Below, in pieces: positions 28,976 to 38,734 of a stretch of DNA of 47,191 nucleotides (the first letter of the stretch is position 1; every line of letters starts with the position of its first letter). The notes below the pieces were generated by a model, which saw only the letters and a list, made by a program, of their open reading frames with translations, searched no databases and had not been told where the DNA came from. Source of the stretch: Desulfurococcales archaeon (GTDB taxonomy: Archaea > Thermoproteota > Thermoprotei_A > Sulfolobales > Desulfurococcaceae); assembly GCA_027022365.1 (NCBI GenBank), contig JALVYU010000003.1, forward strand, positions 1 through 47,191. Reading direction: 5' to 3'. The position numbers and the translations under genes are program-made.

Positions 28976-29210
28976 GCCTTGTATAGTATGAGTGAACCTC
29001 CTTATTTGGCCTCCGTCTCAACTATTATTTCACTATTATGTGTAGAATGCCTTTAAAATAATGTTTGCTTTAAGAAACACTTCCTGTTGGATCAATTAAT
29101 TAAATCAAATTATATATGGTACCGTCAGTTTTAGAATATTTAAAGACAATTTATATATAACACATATCAAGTAAATCTACTATGTCAATGTATTTTATGG
29201 AGGGAGTAAT

Positions 29211-32200
29211 GTGGGTACGAAAAATATATTCGTAAGTATATTTCTCCTTGTAGCAATACTATTATCATCGGTCTATGCGTATGCCAATATAATACCACAG
29301 GGCCTTAGCACCGAAGCCTCATCTTCCGCAGTCCTCGCTATACCTCCCGGCTCATCTATTTATATCAAAGTAGACCCAAGGACGGGGAGCATTATCATAC
29401 CGAATCAGAGCCAGCTCAGACTTCCAGGCATAGCCTATGACGCACTGCAACATGTTCCTGCATGGATAAGGCGTCTGCTCGAGAGACAGTTCTACCTCCT
29501 CCTGCAGGAAGACATGGTTGTCCCTGGGAGGAGCTATCCTTCAATATGTGATCTCAATCATGACGGTTTGCCGGACATCGTTGTGGGTTCTAGGGGTGGG
29601 ATAATATATGTCTACATAGATGTTGGGAAGCAATATGACCCTATATACAAACTGTTAACGACGATCAATGTAACAAAGGATATAGGCGTAAATAAGACGC
29701 TAGACTATGTCGGTGTAGCCGCGGGCGATATCGACGGCGATGGCCTCCCCGATATAGTCGTCGGCCTGCCGAACGGAACCCTGCTCCTCTATAGGAACAC
29801 CGGTACGGAGAACCAGCCCTCCTGGACTCTTGATACATCGTACTTTAAGGGAGTAAAAGTCGGTGGATACGCGGCTCCAGACATATACGATGTTAACGGT
29901 GATGGTAAAAAGGATCTAGTTGTAGGCAGTAAGGAGGGGATCATCTACTGCTACCTCAACGAGGGTACACCTGGAAACCCGAAGTGGGTTTATAACCCAC
30001 AGTATTTTCCGGCCTGGCTTGAAAACTGGTATGATGAACGTGGATGGCATTATGAGGGGGTATGGATCGGAAACTATAGCGTCCCGTACCTCTTCAGCCA
30101 CGCGGGCACACTGTACATGATAGTGGGTGATTGGAACGGCACACTCTACCTATTCAGGAACACCGGGTACTCCAGCGACGGCTATCCTTCATGGGAGAAG
30201 ACCGGGCCTCTCCCCAACCTCGGAGTATCCAGTTATAGCGCGCCAGCCATAGGCGACCTAAACGGTGATGGGCAAGAAGACCTAGTCCTAGGATCAGGCG
30301 ACGGCCACTTATACCTGGTCAAGAACTTCGGCTCACCCATATACCCGTACTTCAAGACCTGGCCCAGCGGCGCCGAGAACTACTTGCTGGCAAAATGGTT
30401 CTGGGGGCCGGCATACTACCCGCTCATGGACACTATACCGGTATTGGGAACCGATTACAAGTACGTCGACCTCTACGCTAAGCTCATCCTGAACACGACC
30501 GCTCCATACATAGACGAGGTGGCATACGCGATAGCTGTTGATAGACCTGCGAATCTGAAGATGCTGGCCGACAGGAATGGTAGCTGGCTATACGTGCTGA
30601 ATGCTAAGAGCATATATGAGATGGCGGAGAAGCTCCCATATGTTCAGGTAGTCGATTTTAAAGACTACAGCACGCTCAAATACAAGACCGAGGACGGCTG
30701 GAAAATACTGCCTGCGAATATCTACTATAAATACCTCGTCACGTTCAACAGGTATATTCTAGCCCCATGGGGCTGGCCGACGAGATACAATGGGAAGTTC
30801 TTCCGCACATTCCTCCCGTTCGATAATAGGTACAATGTGACTCTCTACCAGATGGTTGAGAACGCCACTACGATGTACCAGGCAGCCTACAGGATAGACT
30901 ATTGGCTAAGAGCGGTGATCAAGGCGTGGTGGCACATGGGGCCGAAGTGGAAGCCCTGGGGATGGTACAACATATACCTTCACCTTACTGATAAGGAGTA
31001 CGCGATACTATGTGGAGAATTCTCGATCATATATGAGGCGGCGGCGAGAGCAGTCCTAATACCTACGGTCGTGGTCGTGGATATAGCCGAGGACCACCAG
31101 TTCAACAACTTCTGGTACAATGGTACATGGCACCATGTAGACGCCTCCTCGGGCTCTTCAGGACCAAACGGTACGTGGAGAGAATACTTTGACCCGCCAA
31201 GAGGCCTGGCCGGATGGTATAAGGACAAAGGCTTCAGCTGGGTGATGGAGTGGGAGGAGGACGGAATGTATGATTGCCCGTGGAGAAGCCCAATACCCTA
31301 CGCACCGGAAGGCATGCTGGCCAACCTGACTTTCCATGTAGTCGATGAGAACGGCAAGCCGATCGATGGTGCTAGGGTCGAGGTTTGGAGCCACTGGACG
31401 ATTGAGCACCACTACGACACGGCCCCCTACATAGCCGGCTTCGTGTTCACCGACAAGAACGGCTACGCACTCTTCCCGATGCTAGGGCTTGGGAGAACCC
31501 ATAACTTCACAGTAATAGTGACCAGCAGGATAGGCTCAACAATGTTCGAGATCCACTTAACCCACGGAGGCGTCTACAACTACACGGTCGTGATACCCGG
31601 TAAGTTGCCGGAGTTCGCCGGGCCATCGAAGATCATAGGCCTAGGAACATCAAAGAAGTACCTTAAGGTCTTTGTAGGGGTTATGCATGGAGAACAGCAT
31701 CCGCCGGATTGGATAGACATACTGTACAGGTACTTCGGCTACCGCTACTACATTGAGTTCTACAAGGGGGTATGGATAAACGCCTACATAGTGGATAAGA
31801 GCGGGCTCGAGAAATATATGGAGAACTCGTTTTTCCCAGCATATTATGCAGCGGTAAAGACCAAGGAGTTCGACACGGGCTTCCTCCCGATCAACAACAC
31901 GGTCTACATTATACTCTCGAACAGGCAGAGCCTAGTAACAACAGTCTATGTCTATGTAACGGTAAGCCTCTATGAGGATAAAGTCGCTCCGAGTGTAAAG
32001 ATATTATCTCCGTCGACGGGCTCGTATGTCAACTCAAGTACCGTGACGATAAATTATACCTCTACAGCCGAGGATGTCGCATACTACCTTGTAAGCGTGG
32101 ATGGAGGAGCCCCGGTTAAGGTATCCGGGACTGTATTTACTGCCAAGGGCCTCGCAGATGGAAAACACGTCATAACAGTTAGGGCGGTAGATATATCAGG

Positions 32201-32876
32201 AAACATAGGAGATCCCGCAACAGTAACCATAATAGTTGATACAAAGCCCCCCGTTATAGAGCTGGAGAACGTGGCTGATGGTAGCCTAGTTACGAGCCCG
32301 ACTCTGACCATTAGCGGTAAAGCCGTTGATGCGGTAAAACTATGGGTGAACGGCGAGCAGGTGAAGCTTGGAAGTGACGGGTCGTTCACAATAAAAGTTA
32401 ATCTCCAGACAGGTATGAACAAGATAGTTTTCAAAGCCGTTGATGAGGCTGGCAATACTATTGTTAAGGATATCCGTGTCTACTACTACCCGGAGCTCGC
32501 CACGAAGCAGAACCTAGAGAAACTAGCCAATCTTATCCTCACATCTCTCAGCCGGGAGACCCAGAAGATCCTGAGCAGCAACCAGGAAGTACTAAGCGAG
32601 ATGAGCAAGGCCAACACGATGTTATCCACTATAAGGACAACGCTGACAAGTCTACAGGACACCATTAACTCTAAAACATCAGGCCTGGAATCCCTGATAA
32701 ACAATGTAGCCAGGGAGATCAAAAACAATATAGAGACAAGCAGTAACGGTATCGTCGGAAACATAACATCCAAAATTAACGGATTAACACCGACCCTCTA
32801 CGCAGACCTGATTATATTACTGGTAGTCCTAGGCCTAGTTGCCGTCTCTGCCTATGGTATATTCAAGAAGAAATAA
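29211..32876 (+). CDS. Large surface protein: FG-GAP repeats, transglutaminase-like domain, Ig-like domains, coiled-coil stalk, C-terminal anchor
   Basis: Four clear DxNxDGxxD(I/L)VxG-type repeats plus one degenerate; LCGEFS...DHQFN...WHHVD triad; VVDENGKPIDGARV; two Ig-like repeats (DKVAPSV, DTKPPVI); TM followed by KKK. Confidence 0.85.
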   Translation: MGTKNIFVSIFLLVAILLSSVYAYANIIPQGLSTEASSSAVLAIPPGSSIYIKVDPRTGSIIIPNQSQLRLPGIAYDALQHVPAWIRRLLERQFYLLLQEDMVVPGRSYPSICDLNHDGLPDIVVGSRGGIIYVYIDVGKQYDPIYKLLTTINVTKDIGVNKTLDYVGVAAGDIDGDGLPDIVVGLPNGTLLLYRNTGTENQPSWTLDTSYFKGVKVGGYAAPDIYDVNGDGKKDLVVGSKEGIIYCYLNEGTPGNPKWVYNPQYFPAWLENWYDERGWHYEGVWIGNYSVPYLFSHAGTLYMIVGDWNGTLYLFRNTGYSSDGYPSWEKTGPLPNLGVSSYSAPAIGDLNGDGQEDLVLGSGDGHLYLVKNFGSPIYPYFKTWPSGAENYLLAKWFWGPAYYPLMDTIPVLGTDYKYVDLYAKLILNTTAPYIDEVAYAIAVDRPANLKMLADRNGSWLYVLNAKSIYEMAEKLPYVQVVDFKDYSTLKYKTEDGWKILPANIYYKYLVTFNRYILAPWGWPTRYNGKFFRTFLPFDNRYNVTLYQMVENATTMYQAAYRIDYWLRAVIKAWWHMGPKWKPWGWYNIYLHLTDKEYAILCGEFSIIYEAAARAVLIPTVVVVDIAEDHQFNNFWYNGTWHHVDASSGSSGPNGTWREYFDPPRGLAGWYKDKGFSWVMEWEEDGMYDCPWRSPIPYAPEGMLANLTFHVVDENGKPIDGARVEVWSHWTIEHHYDTAPYIAGFVFTDKNGYALFPMLGLGRTHNFTVIVTSRIGSTMFEIHLTHGGVYNYTVVIPGKLPEFAGPSKIIGLGTSKKYLKVFVGVMHGEQHPPDWIDILYRYFGYRYYIEFYKGVWINAYIVDKSGLEKYMENSFFPAYYAAVKTKEFDTGFLPINNTVYIILSNRQSLVTTVYVYVTVSLYEDKVAPSVKILSPSTGSYVNSSTVTINYTSTAEDVAYYLVSVDGGAPVKVSGTVFTAKGLADGKHVITVRAVDISGNIGDPATVTIIVDTKPPVIELENVADGSLVTSPTLTISGKAVDAVKLWVNGEQVKLGSDGSFTIKVNLQTGMNKIVFKAVDEAGNTIVKDIRVYYYPELATKQNLEKLANLILTSLSRETQKILSSNQEVLSEMSKANTMLSTIRTTLTSLQDTINSKTSGLESLINNVAREIKNNIETSSNGIVGNITSKINGLTPTLYADLIILLVVLGLVAVSAYGIFKKK

Positions 32877-32913
32877 TTAATCCCACACTATTTTTCCTAA
32901 ATAATCACACCAA

Positions 32914-34467
32914 CTATATACCCATGAGCTCTAATTCCTTGACAACTTTCCTCAATAACTCTCTTGCCCAGATGATCACCCTTCTTCTCTCCAATAGATC
33001 GTTTTTGAGCCTCCTCATAAGACTTTCATCGTCGCAGTAAATATAGATGTATGGTAGCTTTAGGTTATCATAGTACTGGGCAAGCCACGCAATATAGTCG
33101 CTAACCTCCTCGAGTAGTTTGAGGCCGTCCCCTGTATCGACCAGTATGTTTTCAGGCTTGACACCATGATACCTGATATGAGATACTATTAGATGCCATC
33201 CCCTGCTCTCCTCCTCGAACTTCTCCTCAACAAGACCGCGATGAGCGAATATGTGTTTAGCCGCGTTTCCCAGAGACTTCATGTAGTTCCTGATCTCAAT
33301 ATCTCTCTTGAACAGTGTGAACGGCATAATCTCCCTATCTATGAAGGCTCTAGCATAGTATCTCATCTTAGGATCCCTTCTCTGATTTGACGCTCTCAGC
33401 ACTAGCCTCATTATGAGCTCATCTGTCATGCTCAGCGGCTGATCCAATAAGTTCTCAACGTATTTCTCCAGCAATAACTCTCTCAGAGGTTTACCGAGCA
33501 GGTTCTCGCCTGTACGCTCCTCATATAGAAGAGCTCTCTCAATGAGTCTTCTAAGCATCTCTGAGTAGAGGGTGACTTTGTGGTGGTAGTATACCTGGCG
33601 ATACATGAGGAGCCTTCCGCTCATGAAGGATTCTAGGGCTGGCAGGGCCTTGGCGTCGAAGACAATGTTTTGTCCTTCATGATCTATTCTCATCGAGTAT
33701 ATTATTCGTTCAAGCTCTACTTCTCCATAGCTGAGACCAGTCATTAGAGCATCTCGTAGGAGATAGTCTAGCCTATCCGCGTCTACAGGCGATGATATTA
33801 TCATATGGAGTACACGGTAGGCGCTCTCATTGAATAACAGGCTTTCCCTTAGTTCCCCGTACTTGTCCGGCTGAAGCACCACCACAATGTGCTCAGGCGT
33901 CAAACCAATACCATTCTCCGTCATTATGTCTGCCTCGACAAGTATTTCATTCAGCCTCTTCCACGAGAGGATTAGCTTAGCTCCCATCTCTTCGTGTAGT
34001 CCCTTACCACCTATTGCCTCCTCTACGGTGTGGCTGTAGGGATAATGAGCTATGTCGTGGAGTAAGCCGGCCAGCCTCATTGTCTGGACATATATGGCTT
34101 CGAGAAAACCCTTCAAATCCCGTGCTACGTATCCTCGGCCACGGAAGATCTTGTTGTCTTCAACCATTTTTCTCAGCAGACCTAGTTTATTCATATCAAA
34201 TAATTTCTCTAGATCTAGGCCTCGGAGCGTCGCCTTCGCGATCATTCCCGCCACATGCATTGCTCCTAGGCTGTGCTCCCACCTACTGTGCTTAGCGGCG
34301 GGATAGACCATGTATGTTGCCGACAGCTGTTTAATATGATGCAACCTATTGAAGACCGGTGTCTCTATAATCCTGTACTCTATATCGTTCACAGGTATCT
34401 CTCCATGGAGATGATCATGTATGACCGCTCTTATCTTCCCTAGGCCCACGATGTTCTCCACGTACAA
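32914..34467 (-). CDS. HD-domain phosphohydrolase (COG1078, dNTP triphosphohydrolase-like)
   Basis: DHLHG, RLHHIKQL, HSRWEHSLG, LLHDIAHYPYSH, HE, DADRLDYLLRD and VYYH motifs. Confidence 0.92.
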   Translation of the reverse strand: MYVENIVGLGKIRAVIHDHLHGEIPVNDIEYRIIETPVFNRLHHIKQLSATYMVYPAAKHSRWEHSLGAMHVAGMIAKATLRGLDLEKLFDMNKLGLLRKMVEDNKIFRGRGYVARDLKGFLEAIYVQTMRLAGLLHDIAHYPYSHTVEEAIGGKGLHEEMGAKLILSWKRLNEILVEADIMTENGIGLTPEHIVVVLQPDKYGELRESLLFNESAYRVLHMIISSPVDADRLDYLLRDALMTGLSYGEVELERIIYSMRIDHEGQNIVFDAKALPALESFMSGRLLMYRQVYYHHKVTLYSEMLRRLIERALLYEERTGENLLGKPLRELLLEKYVENLLDQPLSMTDELIMRLVLRASNQRRDPKMRYYARAFIDREIMPFTLFKRDIEIRNYMKSLGNAAKHIFAHRGLVEEKFEEESRGWHLIVSHIRYHGVKPENILVDTGDGLKLLEEVSDYIAWLAQYYDNLKLPYIYIYCDDESLMRRLKNDLLERRRVIIWARELLRKVVKELELMGI

Positions 34468-34568
34468 GCTCTGAGCTCACCCGGCGACAACGCGTCCTGT
34501 TTAATAGGTTCTTCACCCGATCAAAGATATTATAGTACTGAATCTAGGATAAATACTGTGTAGCGGAG

Positions 34569-36209
34569 TTGGAAGAGCATATGTCGATGCTTGACAGGGT
34601 GTTCGCCAACAAGTGGTTTAGGCTGTTCGAGGGAGTGATTCTATTCTTCCTTTTATATATACTCGTCTATCACTCAGGGATCCTTCCATGGGACATAGGG
34701 TTTCTCAGCCTCCTACCAGCTACTCTTCTCATAATCTATCTGGAGACATCGTATCATAGTCCATGGCCACGGATCATTGTTCCTCTCGGCATGTTCAGCT
34801 TATCTCTTCTTGCGGAGAGAATGTTCTTCCTGACGCTCCCGATGAACACCTATATTGCCATCATTATGATCTATAATTTCGCGGCCCTACTTCTATTCCT
34901 TACAGTATCGAATATCACCTCTATACTGTTATGGGAAAGGAAGAGTAGGTTCGAGGACATACTGAATGGTATAAAGATAGACATGTATTTGTTCCTAGCT
35001 GTGCTACTGCTTCTATCACTGATACTACTCTACTACCACTCGGTCAAGCCATTCTATACGCTGGCATTGCTGATCCTCTCCTATCTAGCCTGGATACTGA
35101 CACCCTACATCACAGACAAGTATGTTGTACCGCCCCTTCTCATGGGCGGCTCGAGGAGCCTCGGCTTCGCCCACCCGAGAGAACCTGAAGCGGAGAAGCT
35201 CCACCTATCAATCTCGATGATCATAGCTTTGCTCAGCCTACTAATCCCCCTCATATTCGCCTATACAGGCAATACTCTCGTCCGTAGAGCGTATGTCCCC
35301 CTAGCTCTCCTCACAGCGTACGAGGGCTTGATAATACCCCTCTACGTTGTGACCAGAATAACGGGGATGCACGGTGCCCTCCTCGAAAGCCTTATGGGTG
35401 ACAGATTCGTCCCGATAGAGAACTATCGAGGCTTCAGGGGCTGGAGAGACATTGTATGGTTTCTGAATAGGGGTGCAGGATATTTTCTGAGGCTTAAATA
35501 CTTGTCTGCCCTCTATATGCATTTTCAGGGCCTTGAGATCCTAAGCCTAAGGACTGGTGATAAGGATATCTACTATGGGCCCATTCATCACATCCTACAT
35601 GAGGGCTACGAGTACCTTAGACAGCATCCCTCGGCTTCAAAACATGTTCCATGGGGGGTTGTGGATAGTATCCTCGAGAAGTTCGATCCCGAGAACATAT
35701 ACGTCATCGAACCCGACACCTCACGGCTCGAGGGAACAGGGTACGAGGAGCTCTACAAGAGGGCTTTCAGCGGGGTCGTTAATCTCTACTGCAAGCTCGT
35801 CGAGATACCCGAAGATGCCGAGAAGGATGCAAGAAACCTTATAATACACTCCATAGATAAGCTAAGAGTCCTCGCCAGGCGTAGCAGAGGAGAGGTAAGG
35901 CTAATAATGGACTCAGCTGCGGACACACTCGAAAAACTGCTAGAGAAAACAAGAGGACATATAAGCAGGGATGACCTAGAACCTTTCCTTGTCAAGAAGC
36001 CTCTAACCGTAAACATGCTTAGAAATTACTTGGTACATGGCCAGCTATATAAGAACGCGATTGTCTATAGGGGCGACAGGACGGAATTCGATAGGCTGAT
36101 GGAGAGGCCGGCTACACTTTATACGCTGTATGTCCTTATCTTATCCGCTACGATCAAGAGACATCCTGAGATCATCGAAGCAAAGACAACCAATAAGTCC
36201 AGATCCTAA
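34569..36209 (+). CDS. Polytopic membrane protein with C-terminal HEPN-like domain
   Basis: About 8 hydrophobic segments in the first 260 aa; the soluble helical C-terminus has FQGLE and RNYLVHG (RxxxxH). Confidence 0.65.
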   Translation: MEEHMSMLDRVFANKWFRLFEGVILFFLLYILVYHSGILPWDIGFLSLLPATLLIIYLETSYHSPWPRIIVPLGMFSLSLLAERMFFLTLPMNTYIAIIMIYNFAALLLFLTVSNITSILLWERKSRFEDILNGIKIDMYLFLAVLLLLSLILLYYHSVKPFYTLALLILSYLAWILTPYITDKYVVPPLLMGGSRSLGFAHPREPEAEKLHLSISMIIALLSLLIPLIFAYTGNTLVRRAYVPLALLTAYEGLIIPLYVVTRITGMHGALLESLMGDRFVPIENYRGFRGWRDIVWFLNRGAGYFLRLKYLSALYMHFQGLEILSLRTGDKDIYYGPIHHILHEGYEYLRQHPSASKHVPWGVVDSILEKFDPENIYVIEPDTSRLEGTGYEELYKRAFSGVVNLYCKLVEIPEDAEKDARNLIIHSIDKLRVLARRSRGEVRLIMDSAADTLEKLLEKTRGHISRDDLEPFLVKKPLTVNMLRNYLVHGQLYKNAIVYRGDRTEFDRLMERPATLYTLYVLILSATIKRHPEIIEAKTTNKSRS

Positions 36210-36278
36210 ATAATGTTTATTATGGCAAAACCATTATTTTGACAGCTCATCCATTCTTGAATACACGTGGTGTAGTGA

Positions 36279-37244
36279 ATGGTATTCTATGTATGGGTGG
36301 ACGACCATGTAGCAGTCTCACCGATGCCTAGTATAACCGATATAGATGAGCTATCACGCGTCTTCGGCGCTGTGCTGATCCTTGTCCAGCCCCATGAGTA
36401 CGGCGGGCTCATAGACATGGTTATCGAGAGGTGGATGCAGAGGAGCACGGACGTTTATTATCTTCCGACACCAGATTTCCACCCTATCCAGCTCCTTGAC
36501 CTGCATCGTGCCGCTGAATGGGTGCTGGCCCATGCTGAGAAAGGAGTCAATGTATTGATCCACTGCAAAGGCGGTGTCGGGAGAAGCGGGCTCGCCGCAA
36601 CCGCTTATCTTCTCCTCAAGGGGATGGAGTTCTACGACGCTGTCCAGCTTATCAGGGAGAAGAGGCCCGGAGCTCTTCTTGAGGAGTGCCAGTTCCGGAT
36701 GGCGGAGGACTATGCCGAGGCTCTCAGCCATATCGGCAGGGATACGCTGAACGCCGTAGTTAGGGTGGGGCAGAGACACGGGTTTGGTAGAGGGATAAAG
36801 CACGCCTCAAAATCGGCCCAGCTAAGCCTGGAACTCTCACTAGCATTTGTACCGGAGCACTCCAAACCCGTCTTCATTGCATCGGCTCTCCACGGTATCG
36901 GCTGGCCCGACAAGCCATTGTACAGGTACGCGGCAAGAGCTATTGTGGAGTCCCAGGAGCTAGGCCCTATGAGACTCATATCTGCCCGTTACCTCGAAGA
37001 AATAGCTGAGAACAAGGACTTGTCGCCGGAGGCTACGCTGGTTCTCTTGGGCCATATCCTTGACGAGACCTATGATCAGAGAGTGCATTATCTCGACATA
37101 GAGAACTATCCGGGCGAGACGAGAATCGTGCTTAGAAACTGGCTTGACGCGTCACGGATCGTCAGGGATGCTTCAGAACTAGCTCCAAAGATCGAGGAGT
37201 TTACCGGGAAGAAGACCGTTTTCGAGGAGAGACTCTATGTTTAG
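36279..37244 (+). CDS. Dual-specificity/tyrosine phosphatase fused to a degenerate HD-like domain
   Basis: TPDF acid loop, HCKGGVGRS P-loop and RPG..EECQ; the C-terminal KHASKS...ASALHGIG resembles the Ppx/GppA HD domain. Confidence 0.82.
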   Translation: MVFYVWVDDHVAVSPMPSITDIDELSRVFGAVLILVQPHEYGGLIDMVIERWMQRSTDVYYLPTPDFHPIQLLDLHRAAEWVLAHAEKGVNVLIHCKGGVGRSGLAATAYLLLKGMEFYDAVQLIREKRPGALLEECQFRMAEDYAEALSHIGRDTLNAVVRVGQRHGFGRGIKHASKSAQLSLELSLAFVPEHSKPVFIASALHGIGWPDKPLYRYAARAIVESQELGPMRLISARYLEEIAENKDLSPEATLVLLGHILDETYDQRVHYLDIENYPGETRIVLRNWLDASRIVRDASELAPKIEEFTGKKTVFEERLYV

Positions 37245-37323
37245 TTCACCTCCTATCCTTACTATCTTTATATTACATTGACGAGAGAATCTAGAGTGAG
37301 ACATGTACTACTGGTGATTACTG

Positions 37324-38556
37324 TTGGAACCTACCCTTAGGCTCAGAGGAATAATAGGTAATCTGAGAGGAGAAGGAGGCTTCGCTTTCCTCGCCAAAGC
37401 ACGTGAACTCAAAGAGAAGGGCAAGCCCGTGGTTAACCTTAGTATCGGCCAGCCCGATGTGCCTACGCCCGATCCAGTGATCGAGGAGGCAGTCAGGGCC
37501 TTATCGGAGGAGAAATTCACCGGTTACACAGAAACGCCCGGCATACCAGAGATCAGGAAGGCTATTGCAGAGTATCTCAACGAGAGGTATGGTGCCGGTG
37601 TTAGTTGGGAAGAAGTAGTGGTGACCCCCGGCACTAAGGGAGCTATATTCCTTGCTCTGTCGGCCTACCTCGACCATGGCGACGAGATAATAGTGCCCGA
37701 GCCAAGCTACCCGGCCTACCCTGAGGGAGCAAAAATACTCGGCGGAAAACCTGTTTATGTTCCCCTCGAATGGAGGGGTCCGAGCAAGGGCTTCGGCCTA
37801 GACCTAGAGAAGATCGAGGAGGCCATAACGCCTAGGACCAAGTTCATCGTGGTGAACAACCCGCAGAACCCGACCGGGGCCCTGTTCAGTCCCAAGGAGC
37901 TCGAGGAGCTTGTCGAGATCGCGAGGAAACACAATGTAATGATATTGGCTGACGAGATATACGATAACTTTGTATATGACGATGCAGAGTTCAAGAGCCT
38001 CATAAGTATGCCCGGCTGGAGGGAATGGCTGATATACACGAATGGTTTCAGCAAAACATTCAGCATGACGGGCTGGAGGCTTGGATACGTGGTTGTTAGG
38101 AAAGAGGTGGCGGGGCTTCTCAGCAAGATCGCGGTCAGCGTCTGGGGATGCCCAGTGAGCTTCGCGCAGAGAGCAGCTGTACGGGCTCTCAGCGATCCCG
38201 AAGTATGGGAATGGGTGAGAAAGCTCTCAAAACGCTATGCGGAGATGAGGCGGATACTCTACGAGGAGCTCTCCAAGACTCCCGGCGTGGAGGCCCATCT
38301 CAGTAAGGGCGCTTACTACTTGTTTCCGAGAGTTAAGCAGGTCGAAGAAGAAACAGGTCTCTCTACAGAGGAAATAGTCGACTATATCATTAACAACTAC
38401 TACTTGATCGTACTGCCCGGAGGGGTATTCCCGGACAAGGCCGGCAAGGACTTCATAAGGTTTAGCTTCGCCACGAGCCGCGAAGCAGTATCTGAGGGAG
38501 GCAAGAGGTTCAGGCAGGCTATAACGGATCTCCTTGAGAAGAAGGTACATAGATGA
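37324..38556 (+). CDS. Class I PLP-dependent (aspartate-type) aminotransferase
   Basis: NLSIGQPD, YTETPGIPE, NNPQNPTG, DEIY and GFSKTFSMTGWRLGY. Confidence 0.95.
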   Translation: MEPTLRLRGIIGNLRGEGGFAFLAKARELKEKGKPVVNLSIGQPDVPTPDPVIEEAVRALSEEKFTGYTETPGIPEIRKAIAEYLNERYGAGVSWEEVVVTPGTKGAIFLALSAYLDHGDEIIVPEPSYPAYPEGAKILGGKPVYVPLEWRGPSKGFGLDLEKIEEAITPRTKFIVVNNPQNPTGALFSPKELEELVEIARKHNVMILADEIYDNFVYDDAEFKSLISMPGWREWLIYTNGFSKTFSMTGWRLGYVVVRKEVAGLLSKIAVSVWGCPVSFAQRAAVRALSDPEVWEWVRKLSKRYAEMRRILYEELSKTPGVEAHLSKGAYYLFPRVKQVEEETGLSTEEIVDYIINNYYLIVLPGGVFPDKAGKDFIRFSFATSREAVSEGGKRFRQAITDLLEKKVHR

Positions 38557-38734
38557 AATACCCGGTTGTTTTGCCGGCTCATACTATAAAGTATTTAATA
38601 CTCGGCATTTTCGGTCAAAACGATCACTTATCATACTTAGCCCCGTATACTCGCCGCCAAACGGCATTATAAGCAACGTTATAACCCTGTATCCGTATGA
38701 AGCAGAAACTGATACAAGTGAGGCTGAGACTGTC

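Noticed and set aside
38534-38734. N-terminal extension of the ferredoxin ORF
   Set aside because: It overlaps the aminotransferase end and promoter-like DNA; a better RBS and ATG lie at 38735.
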